From: Octopus sinensis
Lineage: Eukaryota
Assembly: GCF_006345805.1 (NCBI RefSeq)
Contig: NC_043023.1
Span: 16,430,001 to 16,494,000, forward strand
Direction: 5' to 3'
DNA: 64,000 nt
Shown: in pieces, positions 1 through 12,261 of the stretch
How the letters are laid out: every line of letters starts with the position of its first letter
Numbering within the stretch: the first letter of the stretch is position 1
Made by a program: the position numbers and the translations under genes
The notes under the pieces: model-generated
The model's input: only the letters and a program-made list of their open reading frames with translations
Database searches by the model: none
What the model was told of the DNA's origin: nothing

Positions 1-154
1 TTTACATTTCTGAAGAAAAAAAAGATACCCTTCTCCCCACCCCTAACCCTAAAACAGATTGAAATGCAATAGATCGATACTAGGCTCATAATTGTGGGTG
101 ACAATTTCATATGACACCGCTAGAAAAAAACTGCCGTTCAAACCGAAAAGATCC
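1..154. mobile_element. Partial MITE (family with GGATCTTTTCGGTTTGAACGGCAG terminal inverted repeat)
   Basis: Ends in CTGCCGTTCAAACCGAAAAGATCC. The same internal sequence recurs at 1923-2230, 8058-8254, 18596-19107 and 25560-26130. Confidence 0.7.
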
Positions 155-595
155 GAACCTCTATATTTAGCCCCTTGTGGGCAATACCAAAAACCCCCCC
201 CCAAAAAGTCCCAGGACTACCACGTGTAACTGATATTTTAACTGATTTCGAAATAACCCCAGGTGTGAATTAAAGAATTCTCTAAATGCAGAGTTACTTC
301 CCCATTGTACGTTTTCCCGCAATATTTTTCATTCCCTGCCGTTGATGGACCCTCGCCTACATTATCACCTGTCTCGTTCGTTTAACAGATAATTAGCCAA
401 CATTTAATTTAATAGACGTGATTGCTAATTAACAATATCAATAATTTATCTCCTGCATTCTTTACCACGTTGATCTTAATAATATAAATCAGCATTCATG
501 GTAAAACCTAGAATTTCTTACGAAGCCATCATTCGCTTCCTTGGCTAAAGTTCTGACTGCCTCAACGTTCTGCGACTTCGTTGCCGGATCCTATA

Positions 596-745
596 TACCT
601 ATTTCTTTACTACCCACCAGGGGCTAAACACATAGGGGACAAACAAGGACAGACAAACGGATTAAGTCGATTACATCGACCCCAGTGCGTAACTGGTACT
701 TATTTAATCGACCCCGAAAGGATGAAAGGCAAAGTCGACCTCGGT
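596..745 (-). mobile_element. 3' part of tRNA-derived SINE, family C (…GGGGTCGAT…CCCCTTGTGGGTAGTAAAGAAATAG tail)
   Basis: Matches copies at 20655-21030, 22575-23300 and 32110-32240; the head is seen at 14829. Confidence 0.7.
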
Positions 746-962
746 TTAATTTCTGACTTGCTTGAACGTACTGCGACTTGTTCCTTGCTGGATCTCTATG
801 TTACCTGCTTACTGTCATTGTCCACCTTGGATTTATTGTGATATCTTCCTCCTCTACACTGGGTCTATTATATAATACGTAAGTGTTATATTTATTCTGT
901 CATTGTCTACCTTGGCTGGGCATCTCTCTCTAGATTTATCATTAATGTGTCAGTATTGCGCA

Positions 963-1575
963 GGAGTGGCTGTGTGGTAAGTAGCTTGCTTACCAACCAC
1001 ATGGTTCCGGGTTCAGTCCCACTGCGTGGCACCTTGGGCAAGTGTCTTCTACTATAGCCTCGAGCCAACCAAATCCTTGTGAGTGGATTTGGTAGACGGA
1101 AACTGAAAGAAGCCTGTCGTATAGATGTGTATATATATATGTGTGTGACTGTGTTTGTCCCTCTAGCATTGCTTGACAACCGATGCTGGTGTATATATAT
1201 GTGTTTGTGTGTCTGTTTGTCCCCACCAAAACCACATGGTTTCGGGTTCAGTCCCACTGCGTGGCACCTTGAGCAAGTGTCTGCTACTATAGCCTTGTCA
1301 GTGGATTTGGTAGACGGAAACTGAAAAGAAGCCCGTCGTATATATGTATATATATATATATATATATATACGTGTGTGTTTGTCCTCCTAACATTGCTTG
1401 AGAATTGCTGGTGTGTTTATGTCCCCGTTACCTAGCGGTTCGGCAAAAGTGACCGATAGAATAAGTACTGGGCTTACAAAAGAATAAGTCCCGGGGTCGA
1501 GTTGCTCGATTAAAGGCTGTGCTCCAGCGTGGCCGCAGTCAAATGACTGGAACAAGTAAAAGAGTAAAGAGAGAG
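963..1575 (+). mobile_element. tRNA-derived SINE, family A (GGAGTGGCTGTGTGGTAAG head), with partly duplicated head
   Basis: A-box/B-box-like head (GGTTCAGTCCC), internal (TA)n(TG)n tract and AGTAAAAG-type tail; more than 10 copies in the window. Confidence 0.8.
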
Positions 1576-1922
1576 TATTATTCACTTGAATTTTTTGTGT
1601 GTGTGTTCAGTAAATTATCGGAAAGAAACTGAAGGAGGAAAATAATTGTTTTAATCCATACACGGAAGGGTCTCACACAATGTAAATGCGAATTTAAAAA
1701 TTGGAATAACTAAGATGTTGGTACTATTTAAGAAGAGTGGTCCCGGTGCGCGCACTCGCACAAGCTAGTCGTGACTAGTCGATCCTAAAACGACTACCTA
1801 TCCTATAACAAATGTTCATAAAAATTCGGTTGAAAGTTTTTAGAAGAACGTAAAACGATGTTTTAAGAGTATGATGGGGGTACCAAAAACAGGTACTGTG
1901 TGTTGTTCTTATTTAATCTGTT

Positions 1923-2230
1923 GGATCTTTTCGGTTTGAACGACAGTGTTTTCTAGCAGTGTCATATGAAATTGTCACCCATAATTATGACCCTAGTATC
2001 GATCTATTGCATTTCAATCTAATTTAGGGTTAGGGTTGGGGGAAAGGGCATCTTTTTTTCTTTAGAAATGTAAATAAACCCAATCTGTTTCTTAAACGAG
2101 GGACATATTCATACGGCACAGAATGGTTTCACCTCAATAGACGTCATTGATTGGTTGAAATTGCAGAAATTGAAGAAAAAAACAACAAATATCTTACAAA
2201 CTCTAGAATTTTCTCAATAAAACCAAGAGA
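1923..2230. mobile_element. Partial GGATC-TIR MITE
   Basis: Starts GGATCTTTTCGGTTTGAACG; reverse orientation relative to the copy at 1-154. Confidence 0.7.
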
Positions 2231-2397
2231 CTGAACCCGGAACCATGTTGTTGGTAAACAAGCTACTTACCACACAGCCACAGACGTTTTCAATTTAATT
2301 TGGATTCTTTGCCATCAAATTTGAATTCTTCAATTGGTGCTCAAGCCTTGAAAAAAAAGAGAGTTAAACTACATCAGCCGTAAGGGAATACATGTCT

Positions 2398-2840
2398 GGA
2401 TCTTTTCCGTTTGACCGGCAGTTTTTTAAAATAATTTCCACGTAACTAAACACTTTTAAACTTCCTATACTGGTAGAATGTGTTTATAAAACATCTTTTT
2501 CTCTTGGCTTTATTGAGAAAATTCTATAGTTTGTAAGATATTTGGGATCTTTTCGGTTTGACCGGCAGTTTTTTAAAATAATTTCCACGTAACTAAACAC
2601 TTTTAAACTTCGTATACTGGTAGAATGTGTTTATAAAACATCTTTTTCTCTTGGCTTTATTGAGAAAATTCTATAGTTTGTAAGATATTTGGGATCTTTT
2701 CCGTTTGACCGGCAGTTTTTTAAAATAATTTCCACGTAACTAAACACTTTAAACTTCGTATACTGGTAGAATGTGTTTATAAAACATCTTTTTCTCTTGG
2801 CTTTATTGAGAAAATTCTATAATTTGTAAGATATTTGTCG
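2398..2840. repeat. Tandem array, 3 x 147 bp, derived from the MITE terminus
   Basis: GGATCTTTT starts at 2398, 2545 and 2692 (147-bp period). Confidence 0.9.
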
Positions 2841-3045
2841 TTTAATTTGTTAATTTTCGGCAATTTCAACCAATCAATAACATTGATTGGATGTGCCTCT
2901 CATTAATTCAATCTAGCTGTTTCTGCTCATCTCGACAGGCAGAAAGTTCTGCTTGATAAAATTAATATATTGATGGACAAGCTAAAATCATTAAAACTTG
3001 TGGGTAAACTTTGGGGCAAAAACACCTTTACACCTTATACAAAAG

Positions 3046-3640
3046 TGGAGGCACATGGCCTGGTGGTTAGAGCAGCAGACTTGCAGTTGAGGGATCGCTG
3101 GTTCAAATCTCAGACTGGCCGATGTGTGTGTTTATGAGCGAAACACCTAAGCTCCACGCGGCTCAGGCAGAAGGTAATGGAGAACTTCTGCTGACTCTTT
3201 TGCCACAACTTTCTCTCACTTTTTCCTCCTGCATCTTGCAGCTCACCTGCGACGAACCGGCGTCCCGTCCAGGTGGGGAACCTATACGCCAAGGAAACTG
3301 GGAAAACGGCCCTTATGAGCCAGGCATGGCTCGAGAAGGGACAAAGAATATATATAATATATATGTGGAGGCACATGGTTAGAGTAGTGGACTCGCGGTC
3401 GAGGGATCATGGGTTCAAATATCAGTCTGGGCGATGTGTGTATTTATGAGCGAAACACCTAAGCTCCACGCGGCTCCAGCAGAAGGTAATGGTGAAACTT
3501 CTACTCACTCTTTCGCCACATCTTTCTCTCACCCGCTCACCTGCGACGGACCGGTGTCCCGTCCAGGTGGGGAACCTATTCGCCAAGGAAGCTGGGAAAC
3601 CGGCCCTTATGAGCCAGGCATGGCTCGAGAAGGAACAAAC
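3046..3640 (+). mobile_element. Two adjacent tRNA-derived SINEs, family B
   Basis: GGAGGCACATGG heads at ~3047 and ~3367 with A/B-box-like motifs and near-identical bodies. Confidence 0.75.
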
Positions 3641-3663
3641 AAACCTTATACAAAGAAATAAAT

Positions 3664-3770
3664 CCTGTTGGTCCAGTACTTACGAAATGATTGAGAGATT
3701 CTTCCAACTCTGGCCGTTTTTAGACTCTTTTCAAGGTGATACAAAGCTGCTTGATCATCTGTTGACTCCA
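3664..3770 (+). pseudogene. Possible hAT transposase fragment
   Basis: Translates to WSSTYEMIERFFQL, resembling the hAT RWxSTxxMLxRF motif; very short. Confidence 0.4.
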
Positions 3771-3970
3771 CTGGGCCATTGCGCCTCCACTTTCTAGGGG
3801 TAAGCATGTAGGAAATAACAATTGCTACCAAAGGCCCAAAATCTTGTTATACAATGTTATCTGTTGAAGGCCTTCTACCTCTCTCAAATACAATGTTCAT
3901 ATAAGATTGAGTCTGTATTTTCTGAAGCCTTTTGCCAGATTTTTGATGTGAAATTGTGTGTTGAAACAGA

Positions 3971-4334
3971 CATTGTTGTATTTCGCAATGGTCATTTTGC
4001 CAGTTTAGCCAATAAAAACACACGCACTATATATTTGGTGTTACTTTGCTTCAACGTTATTTATTTTTTACATTAATCCTAATCTTTTTTCGGCCAGAGT
4101 TCTTTCGTCACACTCCTGTGACCGCATCAGTGGTCCTTTGCTTTCTTCTTTCTTATTTGTGTGTCTCTCCTTACTAACCGTCAGCTGATGAGTGTGACGA
4201 AAGAACTCTGGCCAAAATAAGATTAAGATTAATGTAAAAAATAAATAACACTGAAGCAAAGTAACACCAAATATATAGTGTGTGTGTTTTTATTGGCTAA
4301 ACTGGCAAAATGACCATTCCTAAATACAACAGTG
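3971..4334. mobile_element. Foldback element with ~145-bp inverted arms
   Basis: 3971-4115 is the reverse complement of 4190-4334, with a 74-bp spacer. Confidence 0.85.
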
Positions 4335-4852
4335 GCAATAAATGTTGTATATAAATGAACACCAAGCCTTTGTCATAACCAAAGCTACACTCTGTCTTAA
4401 ACTGTTGTTTCTCTATTATTTCAGAATATCAGAGGACATTGGCATGAGAGGAATTTTACTGCAGAAGCGTCATCAATATTTATCATATTTTGAAGATGAT
4501 GTTACACAGAACTGGATATAAGAACCCTGTTTATGTAAATTAACTGTGAATTACAGTAAAATATTTCTTCTGAGTGACATTATTGGTGAAATTTCTTGGA
4601 TTCACTCTGAAATGAGTACAACCTAAATTTGAATTCTGAATAAACTTGGATAAATTTAAAAAGACATTTGCAACATCTGAAGATATCAGCAAAGCTTATA
4701 TTTGATAAAAATATGGCAGTTGTAACATTTGTTAGGAATAAAATATAGAAACAAGAAGAAAGGACATTTCCAGACCATTTTGTTGAAGAAAACAATTACA
4801 GAAAGAGGAATTGTGTGAGAATCTTGGAGTTTTGTTAGTTTTAGCTGCAGAG

Positions 4853-6800
4853 ATGCCAAAAGAAAGAGGAAAATCTGTATATGACTGTGATATCTGTGGT
4901 AAATCATTCTCTGTGAAAGTTAACTTAGCTACTCACAAATGTACTCATACAGGAGAGAAGCCACATCATTGTGATATCTGTGGTAAATCATATTAAAAAT
5001 AAACTTAATCTAACTATTAACAGAAATATTCACACACAGCAAAAACTATATCAGTATGATATCTGTGGTAAATCATTCTCTCAAAACTGTCACATAACTA
5101 AACACAAACTTACTCATACACGAGAGAAACCATATCATTGTGATATCTGCAGTAAATCATTCATTCGCAGAAGTGCTGTAACTGTACATAAACATATTCA
5201 TACAGGTGAGAAACCATATCACTGTGATATCTGTGGTAAATCATTCTCCATGAGAGTTAACTTAGCTAAACACAAACTTACTCATACAGGTGAGAAACCT
5301 TATCAGTGTGATATTTGTGATAAATCATTCGCTCGAAGAAGTGCTGTAACTGTACATAAACGTATTCATACAGGCGATAAACCATATCATTGTGATATCT
5401 GTGGTAAATCATTTTCTAATTGTAGTGGTTTAACATGTCACAGACGTATTCATACAGGAGAGAAACCATATCACTGTGATATCTGTGGTAAATCATTCTC
5501 CATGAAATTTAACTTGGATACACACAAACTTACTCACACTGGGGAGAAACCATATCAGTGTGATATCTGCGGTAAATCATTCTCTCGAAATGGTGCCTTA
5601 GCTAAACACAGACATACTCATACAGGCAAGAAACCTTATCAGTGTGATATCTGTGGTAAATTATTTTCTTTGAAAGGTAACTTAACTACACACAAACTTA
5701 TTCATACAGGTGAGAAACCTTATCAGTGTGATATCTGTGGTAAATCATTCTCTGTGAGAGTTAACTTAGTGACACACAAAGTTATTCATACGGGAGAGAA
5801 ACCTTATCAGTGTGATATCTGTGGTAAATCATTCACTCAAAGAAGTCATGTAACTATACATAAACGTATTCATACAGGAGAGAAACCATATCACTGTGAT
5901 ATCTGTAGTAAATCATTCTCTCGATGTGGTTACTTAGTTACGCACAAACTTACTCATACAGGCGACAAACCTTACCAGTGTGATATCTGCGGTAAATCAT
6001 TCTCTCGAAATGGTGACTTAGCTAAACACAGACATACTCATACTGGCGAGAAACCCCATCATTGTGATATCTGTGGTAAATCATTCTCCTTGCAATGTAA
6101 TTTAAGTAAGCACAGACTTACTCATACAGGGGAGAAACCTTACCAGTGTGATATCTGTGGTAAATCCTTCTCTCGAAATAGTGACTTAGCTACCCACAAA
6201 TTTACTCATACAGGAGAAAAGCCATATTCCTGTGATATCTGTGGTAAATCATTCACTCACAGAAGTGCTGTAACTGTACACAAACGTACTCATACAGGTG
6301 AGAAACCATATCAATGTGATATCTGTGATAAATCATTCTCTCAAAGTGGTGACTTATCCACTCACATGTTTATCCATACAGGTGAGAAACCTTACCACTG
6401 TGATATCTGTGGGAAATCATTCACTCTAAAGGTTGTCTTAACTAAACACAAACGTACTCATACAGGTGAAAAGCCATATCACTGTGATATCTGCAGTAAA
6501 TCATTCATTCAAAAGGGACAATTAAGTAGACACAAATGTATTCCTTCAGGAATGAAATCACATCATTGTGACACCTGTGGTGAATCATTCTCTGTAAAAG
6601 CTAAATTAACTAATCACAAACTTACTCATACAGGTGAAAAGCCATATTATTGTGATATCTGTGGTAAATCATTCACTCAAAAGAACCATTTAAGTAGACA
6701 CAAAGGTATTCATTCAGGGGTGAAGTCACATCATTGTGACACCTGTGGTGAATCATTCTCTGAAATAGATCACTTGACCACTCACAGACTCATTCATTAG
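4853..6800 (+). CDS. C2H2 zinc-finger protein, ~22 finger units; frameshifted near the 5' end (possible pseudogene or truncated product)
   Basis: ATG at 4853 (MPKERGKS…), stop at 4994-4996. An extra base makes the finger 2-3 spacing 85 nt instead of 84. The array continues in ORF 4971-6800 with ~19 intact CxxC…HxxxH fingers and TGEKP linkers. Acceptor TTTCAG at 4424 and AATAAA at 7026 and 7114. Confidence 0.85.
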
Positions 6801-7133
6801 GAGAGAAACCATGTCATTGTGATATCTGTGGTGAATGGTTCTCTCAAATAAATCTCTTAGATAAACACAGACACACATTGATATGGAAGAGAAGCCATGT
6901 AACTGATTCTGTGGTATATCCTTCTCTGAAAAAAGACAATTAACTACAGATATATTTCTCATCATAGAGAAGAGTGACTGTATCAATATCAAAAGTCATT
7001 TGTTGAAAGGAATATCTTATATAACAATAAATGTATCCACATGATAAAGAAGATATAACAAAACACTATATTTTTTATTTATCCCCATCAATATCTACCA
7101 TTCTGATATTTTTAATAAAAGCTGTTTTTCATA

Positions 7134-7330
7134 ATCTCTTATATAAAATCCGTTCTGTCTGTCTGTCTGTGTGTCTTCTCGGATTTCGGGCATCCTCCAT
7201 CCGATTGCACTTAAATTTGATTTGGAGATACCGACTGTATCAGGGTGTGTATTAGTCTTTGAAAAAATTACAAAAATTGATTCCAGGTGAGAATGCGATC
7301 AATAAAGCCGTTTTTGTCCTGCTTTTCTTC
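7134..7330 (+). mobile_element. Helitron-like non-autonomous element, 5' part
   Basis: A|TCTCTTATATAAAA followed by (TCTG)n, like the complete copy at 34762; no CTAG end found. Confidence 0.4.
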
Positions 7331-8057
7331 CGTCAACCTGTACATAACTGCACCTTCCATTTTTCGTTGTTTTTGTCCTGCTTAAAGGCACGTTTCTTTC
7401 CTGCCAAGCTTACTGTTTAAACCATGTTTGTGTTCTCCCAGTCAACAGCCTTATAATTACTGGTACTTTAAACTCTTCGGTTGCATATTTTTGTGAATAA
7501 AATCGTTTTTCTTTGGAATAGAAAAAAAGTCTACCTTTATTTCTTCTTTTGCTGGTGTCCCAAATTTAGGTTAAATCAGTGTTTCTCAAAGGGGAGGCCT
7601 ATGGGACGGTCGGACAAGTTGTTTTGAGAAAATTTGGTTTAAATGTTTGACAACTCAGCACATTCCATTATACGGTGGGGGTGCATTTTGCTCGTGCATA
7701 TATATATATATATATATAAAGTAGACTGTGTGATTTCGTTGTCTTCCTTCCTTCTACCATATACGGGTTGCAAATACTGTTGTTTGTGGAGACTTCTTTT
7801 TGTAGTAATAGTAATAGTAGCCTATTTGGCTGCTATTTCTAATATTTTCGGTATGTGGTTTAAGCAACTTGTTGCAAATAACCCTTTATTATAATTATAT
7901 ATATATTAATGTCCCAGCGGGTTCTCATAAATTTATCATGCTTTTCCATCTAGATTTACCTCCAGCCAACCCATTTGCATGCATCGTTTTTGTCCTGCTT
8001 TTCTTTTGTCATAACTGCACCTTCCACTTTTTTGTTGTTTTTGTACTGCTTAAAGGC

Positions 8058-8300
8058 AGTATGAATATGTCCCTCGTTTAAGAAATAGATTGGGTTTATT
8101 TACATTTGTGGAAAAAAAAAGAAAATTACCCTTCCCCCCAACCCTAACCCTAAAACAGATTGAAATGCAATAGATTGATACTAGGGTCATAATTATGGGT
8201 GACAATTTCATATGACACCACTAGAAAAAACTGCCGGTCAAACCGAAAAGATCCCTTTTTCTTCAGAAATGTAAATAAACCCAATCTGTTTCTTAAATGA
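8058..8300. mobile_element. GGATC-TIR MITE fragment with a short inverted remnant
   Basis: Ends …AAACCGAAAAGATCC at 8254, followed by ~45 bp of inverted internal sequence. Confidence 0.7.
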
Positions 8301-8832
8301 GATTTATCATTGTAGCAGTAAATGTCGCATATAAATGAACCCCAAGCCTTTGTCATAACCAAAGCTACACTCTGTCTTAAACTGTTGTTTCTCTCTTATT
8401 TCAGAATATCAGAGGACATTGGCATCAGAGGAAATTTACTGCAGAAGCGTCATCAATATTTATCATATTTTGAAGACGATGTTACACAGAACTGGATATA
8501 AGAACCCTGTTTATGTAAATTAACTGTGAATTTCAGTAAAATATTTCTTCTGAGTGACATTATTGGTGAAATTTCTTGGATTCACTCTGAAATGAGTACA
8601 ACCTAAATTTGGATTCTGAATAAACTTGGATAAATTTACAAAGACATTTGCAACATCTTAAGATATCAGCAAAGCTTATATTTGATAAAAATATGGCAGT
8701 TGTAACATTTGTTAGGAATAAAATATAGAAACAAGAAGAAATGAAATTTCCAGACCATTTTGTTGAAGAAAAAAATTACAGAAAGAGGAATTGTGTGAGA
8801 ATCTTGGAGTTTTGTTAGTTTTAGCTGCAGAG

Positions 8833-9435
8833 ATGCCAAAAGAAAGAGGAAAATCTGTATACGACTGTGATATCTGTGGTAAATCATTCTCCATGAAATT
8901 TAACTTGGATACACACAGACTTACTCACACAGGGGAGAAACCATATCAGTGTGATATCTGCGGTAAAACATTTGCTCGAAGAAGTGCTGTAACTGTACAT
9001 AAACGTATTCATACAGGCGAGAAACCATTTCAGTGTGATATCTGTGGTAAATCATTCTCTCGAGATGGTAACTTAGCTGCTCACAAGGTTATCCATACAG
9101 GAGAGAAACCATTTCAGTGTGATATCTGTGGTAAATCATTCACTCACAAAAGTGGTGTAATTGTACATAAACGTACTCATACAGGTGAAAAGCCATATCA
9201 ATGTGATATCTGTGATAAATCATTCTCTCAAAGTGGTGACTTATCCACTCACAGATTTATCCATACAGGTGAGAAACCATACAACTGTGATATCTGCAGT
9301 AAATCTTTCACTCAAAAGGGACATTTAAGTAGACACAAAGGTATTCATTCAGGGGTGAAGTCACATCATTGTGACACCTGTGGTGAATCATTCTCTGAAA
9401 TAGATCACTTGACCACTCACAGACTCATTCATTAG
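8833..9435 (+). CDS. C2H2 zinc-finger protein, 7 fingers, 200 aa; intact paralog of 4853-6800
   Basis: Open frame from ATG 8833 with 7 complete fingers. 5' flank (from ~8312) and 3' flank (to ~9780) align with 4332-7135. AATAAA at 9661 and 9758. Confidence 0.92.
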   Translation: MPKERGKSVYDCDICGKSFSMKFNLDTHRLTHTGEKPYQCDICGKTFARRSAVTVHKRIHTGEKPFQCDICGKSFSRDGNLAAHKVIHTGEKPFQCDICGKSFTHKSGVIVHKRTHTGEKPYQCDICDKSFSQSGDLSTHRFIHTGEKPYNCDICSKSFTQKGHLSRHKGIHSGVKSHHCDTCGESFSEIDHLTTHRLIH

Positions 9436-10217
9436 GAGAGAAACCATGTCATTGTGATATCTGTGGTGAATGGTTCTCTCAAATAAATCTCTTAGATAAA
9501 CACAGACACACATTGATATGGAAGAGAAACCATCTAACTGATTCTGTGGTATATCCTTCTCTGAAAAAAGACAATTAACTACAGATATCTTTATCATCAT
9601 AGAGAAGAGTGACTGTATCAATATCAAAAGTCATTTGTTGAAAGGAATATCTTATATAACAATAAATGTATCCAGATGATAAAGAAGATATAACAGCATG
9701 TTATAACAACTTACTAACACTATATTTTTATATATCCTTATCAATTCTGATATTTTTAATAAAAGCTGTTCTTTCATAATATTCATATATATATTCCATT
9801 TAAGATAATTTCTGAATGAATAAAAAATTCTATTAATGTTTGTCCAATTATTACAAAACTGTTTCTCAGAGTTTCATGTTCTTGTCTGTTGGACAGTTGG
9901 AATGAAATGTTTCCATCGCACCTGTCTCTTGAATGCAAACCTGACACTCAGATTAACAGTTTTGTGATAAATTTGCAGCTTTAATAAAAGTATGTATGTA
10001 TGTATATATATATGGCCGTCCCCATGATAGATCGTTAGCCACTATACACATCTTTTTCCCTCCTTGTTTTTTTCTGTAGAAGAGCGTAGGCTCGAAACGT
10101 AAAAGACTTTTTCTATTCCTAAGCATTATACTAATACAACTGTTTGTTTTGTACACCACCTGTCTTCGTCTTTTGATTATTTTCGTAAACTCTCTCTCTA
10201 TATATATAGATATATAT

Positions 10218-10497
10218 GTGTATATGTGATCACGTGACCAACCAGACCATCAGATGTAGTTGCATATCGCTGGTCACAATGTGTTCGCATTGTTTTAGCC
10301 TTCGAAGGACGCCACCCCGCTGGCTAAGCGAGCAGGCCGACAGAAGAGTGGGAGAAAGAGTACAGCAGGGATCACCCCCCCCCCTGCCAGAGCCTCGTGG
10401 AGCTTTTAGGTGTTTTCGCTCAATAAACACTCACAACGCCCGGTCTGGGAATCGAAACCGCGGTCCTGCGAGTCCACTAGGCCATTGCGCCTCCACA
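10218..10497 (-). mobile_element. tRNA-derived SINE, family B
   Basis: Reverse complement of GGAGGCGCAATGGCC…GGTTTCGATTCCCAGACC. Confidence 0.75.
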
Positions 10498-10503
10498 TAT
10501 ATA

Positions 10504-10915
10504 TATAATCAAAATAAGCAACAAGAATGACTCCGGTAATGTGGTACAATTGTTTTGCACTACATCATTTTATTAAATGCTGTAAGTATTACAACAGATT
10601 TAAGATGTTGAGTACTCATCAGCCAATTATATAGGTTTTCCATTAATATAAAAATTTTCAAATCAAATGGCAACATTATAGAGAAGGTAGATATACAAAG
10701 ATGTGGATTTAAATTTTAAGAACATATGAGGTGGTGAAGTCCAACCACTTTTAATAAAATGTTGTAGTGCGAAACAATTGTACCAAATTACCAGAGTCAT
10801 TCTTGTTGCTTATTTTTGATTATAATCACCCCGCAAATTTTTATGGATAACACCATACAAAATTCTGGTGCATAAGTACCATATTCATTTGAATCTAAAT
10901 TTTTGCTGAACTTAT
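10504..10915. mobile_element. Penelope-like inverted-repeat element with hammerhead ribozyme motif (minus strand 10537-10629)
   Basis: Minus strand reads AATTGG-CTGATGA-GTAC…GTGC-AAAAC-AATT-GTA-CCACATTA; the plus arm has GCGAAAC-AATT-GTA-CCAAATTA. Same family as 48115-48600. Confidence 0.65.
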
Positions 10916-11683
10916 GTATATATATATATATAATATATTAATAAATAAAATAAAACATATATGTACGTACCTACCTCTACATGTACATATAATATATATA
11001 TATATGTATACATAAAGACTATGGTCTTTTCCCAAAGGCCCTTCAATTCTAGCCTTGCCTACCACACCTGAAATTTCTCCTTCAGCTTTGGTAGTGACCC
11101 AGCTATAAGCGAAGGTCACCAACACAAAGGAGCCCCTAGGGTCAGCTTGTCATGAATTCCTGCTATTGCCCAGAGGACTATAATGAATAAGAGTGGGCTG
11201 AGGACTGAACCTTGGTGAACAGCCTACTTCTACCAGGAACTCTCCACTATACTCGTTACCAACCCTCATCTCACCGACAGCATCCCTGCGCATGGCTCAT
11301 AGTTTTCCACCCATCCCTTTTCTCCCCGAACAAAAATAAAGGGCTTGCAGCATAAAATGGTACTATTTATGAAGAGTGTATTTCTTTATTACCCGTAAGG
11401 GTTTACATAGATGGGGACAATACAATGATTTGGGGTCATGTGGATGAAATGGAACTATTTACAGTGAAATCGAATGGATTATTTACAATGAAAATGAAAT
11501 TGAATGAGTTACAAGAACAAATAAAAAGGGACATATGAAGTGAAAAGAACAGGATAGCCGACCCCATGAGCCCTGTTATTTTAACTGAAACCCTTCGGTA
11601 AGGGATCACGGCGTGTTCATGCAAGGCCTCTCACACCTAGCATCCGTCTTTTTTTAAATGCAGACACATTTTCTCCAGCCCCA

Positions 11684-12261
11684 CCACTATTTATGACGAG
11701 TGGTCCCTGTGCGCGCACACGCACTAGCTCGTCAAACCGGTCAGAAAAACAAGATATAAAAATAGTGTAAAAACTTCCTCTAAACGAATATGGCAAAAAA
11801 AAAAAAAAAAAGGCGCGCTCGCGAAAGGGGTTGGGTGGGGGAGAGGACTCGGAAAATCCACATCGTGAATCTTACGGGTCTAACCCTGGCACAAAAGCCA
11901 AAAAAAGTGTAATAGGTGTAAAACAATTCCTATATATATATACATACACCGGAGTAAACACATGTTAAAAAAGGTGGAAAAAAAGCGTACTCAAATATCA
12001 TATGTAGAGTAATATGCCTTATTTAAAAGCAGCAGAAATTCTAATGCTGCTACCCGGGGCTTTACGCTCCCGTTCGCCGGACAGTCCCTCCGTATTTCAA
12101 ACAAAACTGTCCGACAAACGGGAACGTGAAACCCCGAGCAGCAGCTTTTGTCAAACATCCGCTGCTTTTAAACAAAGTATGGAATATAAGTAAAAAAAAA
12201 AAAACCGTGTCTCATAAAAACATTCTCAAACACACCGGGACCACTCTGCTTAAATAGTACC
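11684..12261. mobile_element. MITE with GGTACTA(T/C)…TAGTACC-type inverted termini
   Basis: ACTATTTATGACGAGTGGTCCC… is inverted relative to …GGGACCACTCTGCTTAAATAGTACC. Related termini at 1720, 16272-16456, 21204-21384 and ~30130-30215. Confidence 0.55.

Noticed and set aside
3046-3120. tRNA-like sequences here and at 963, 14829, 56435 and 59385
   Set aside because: They have A/B boxes but continue into shared repeat bodies and lack a complete cloverleaf, so they are SINE heads.
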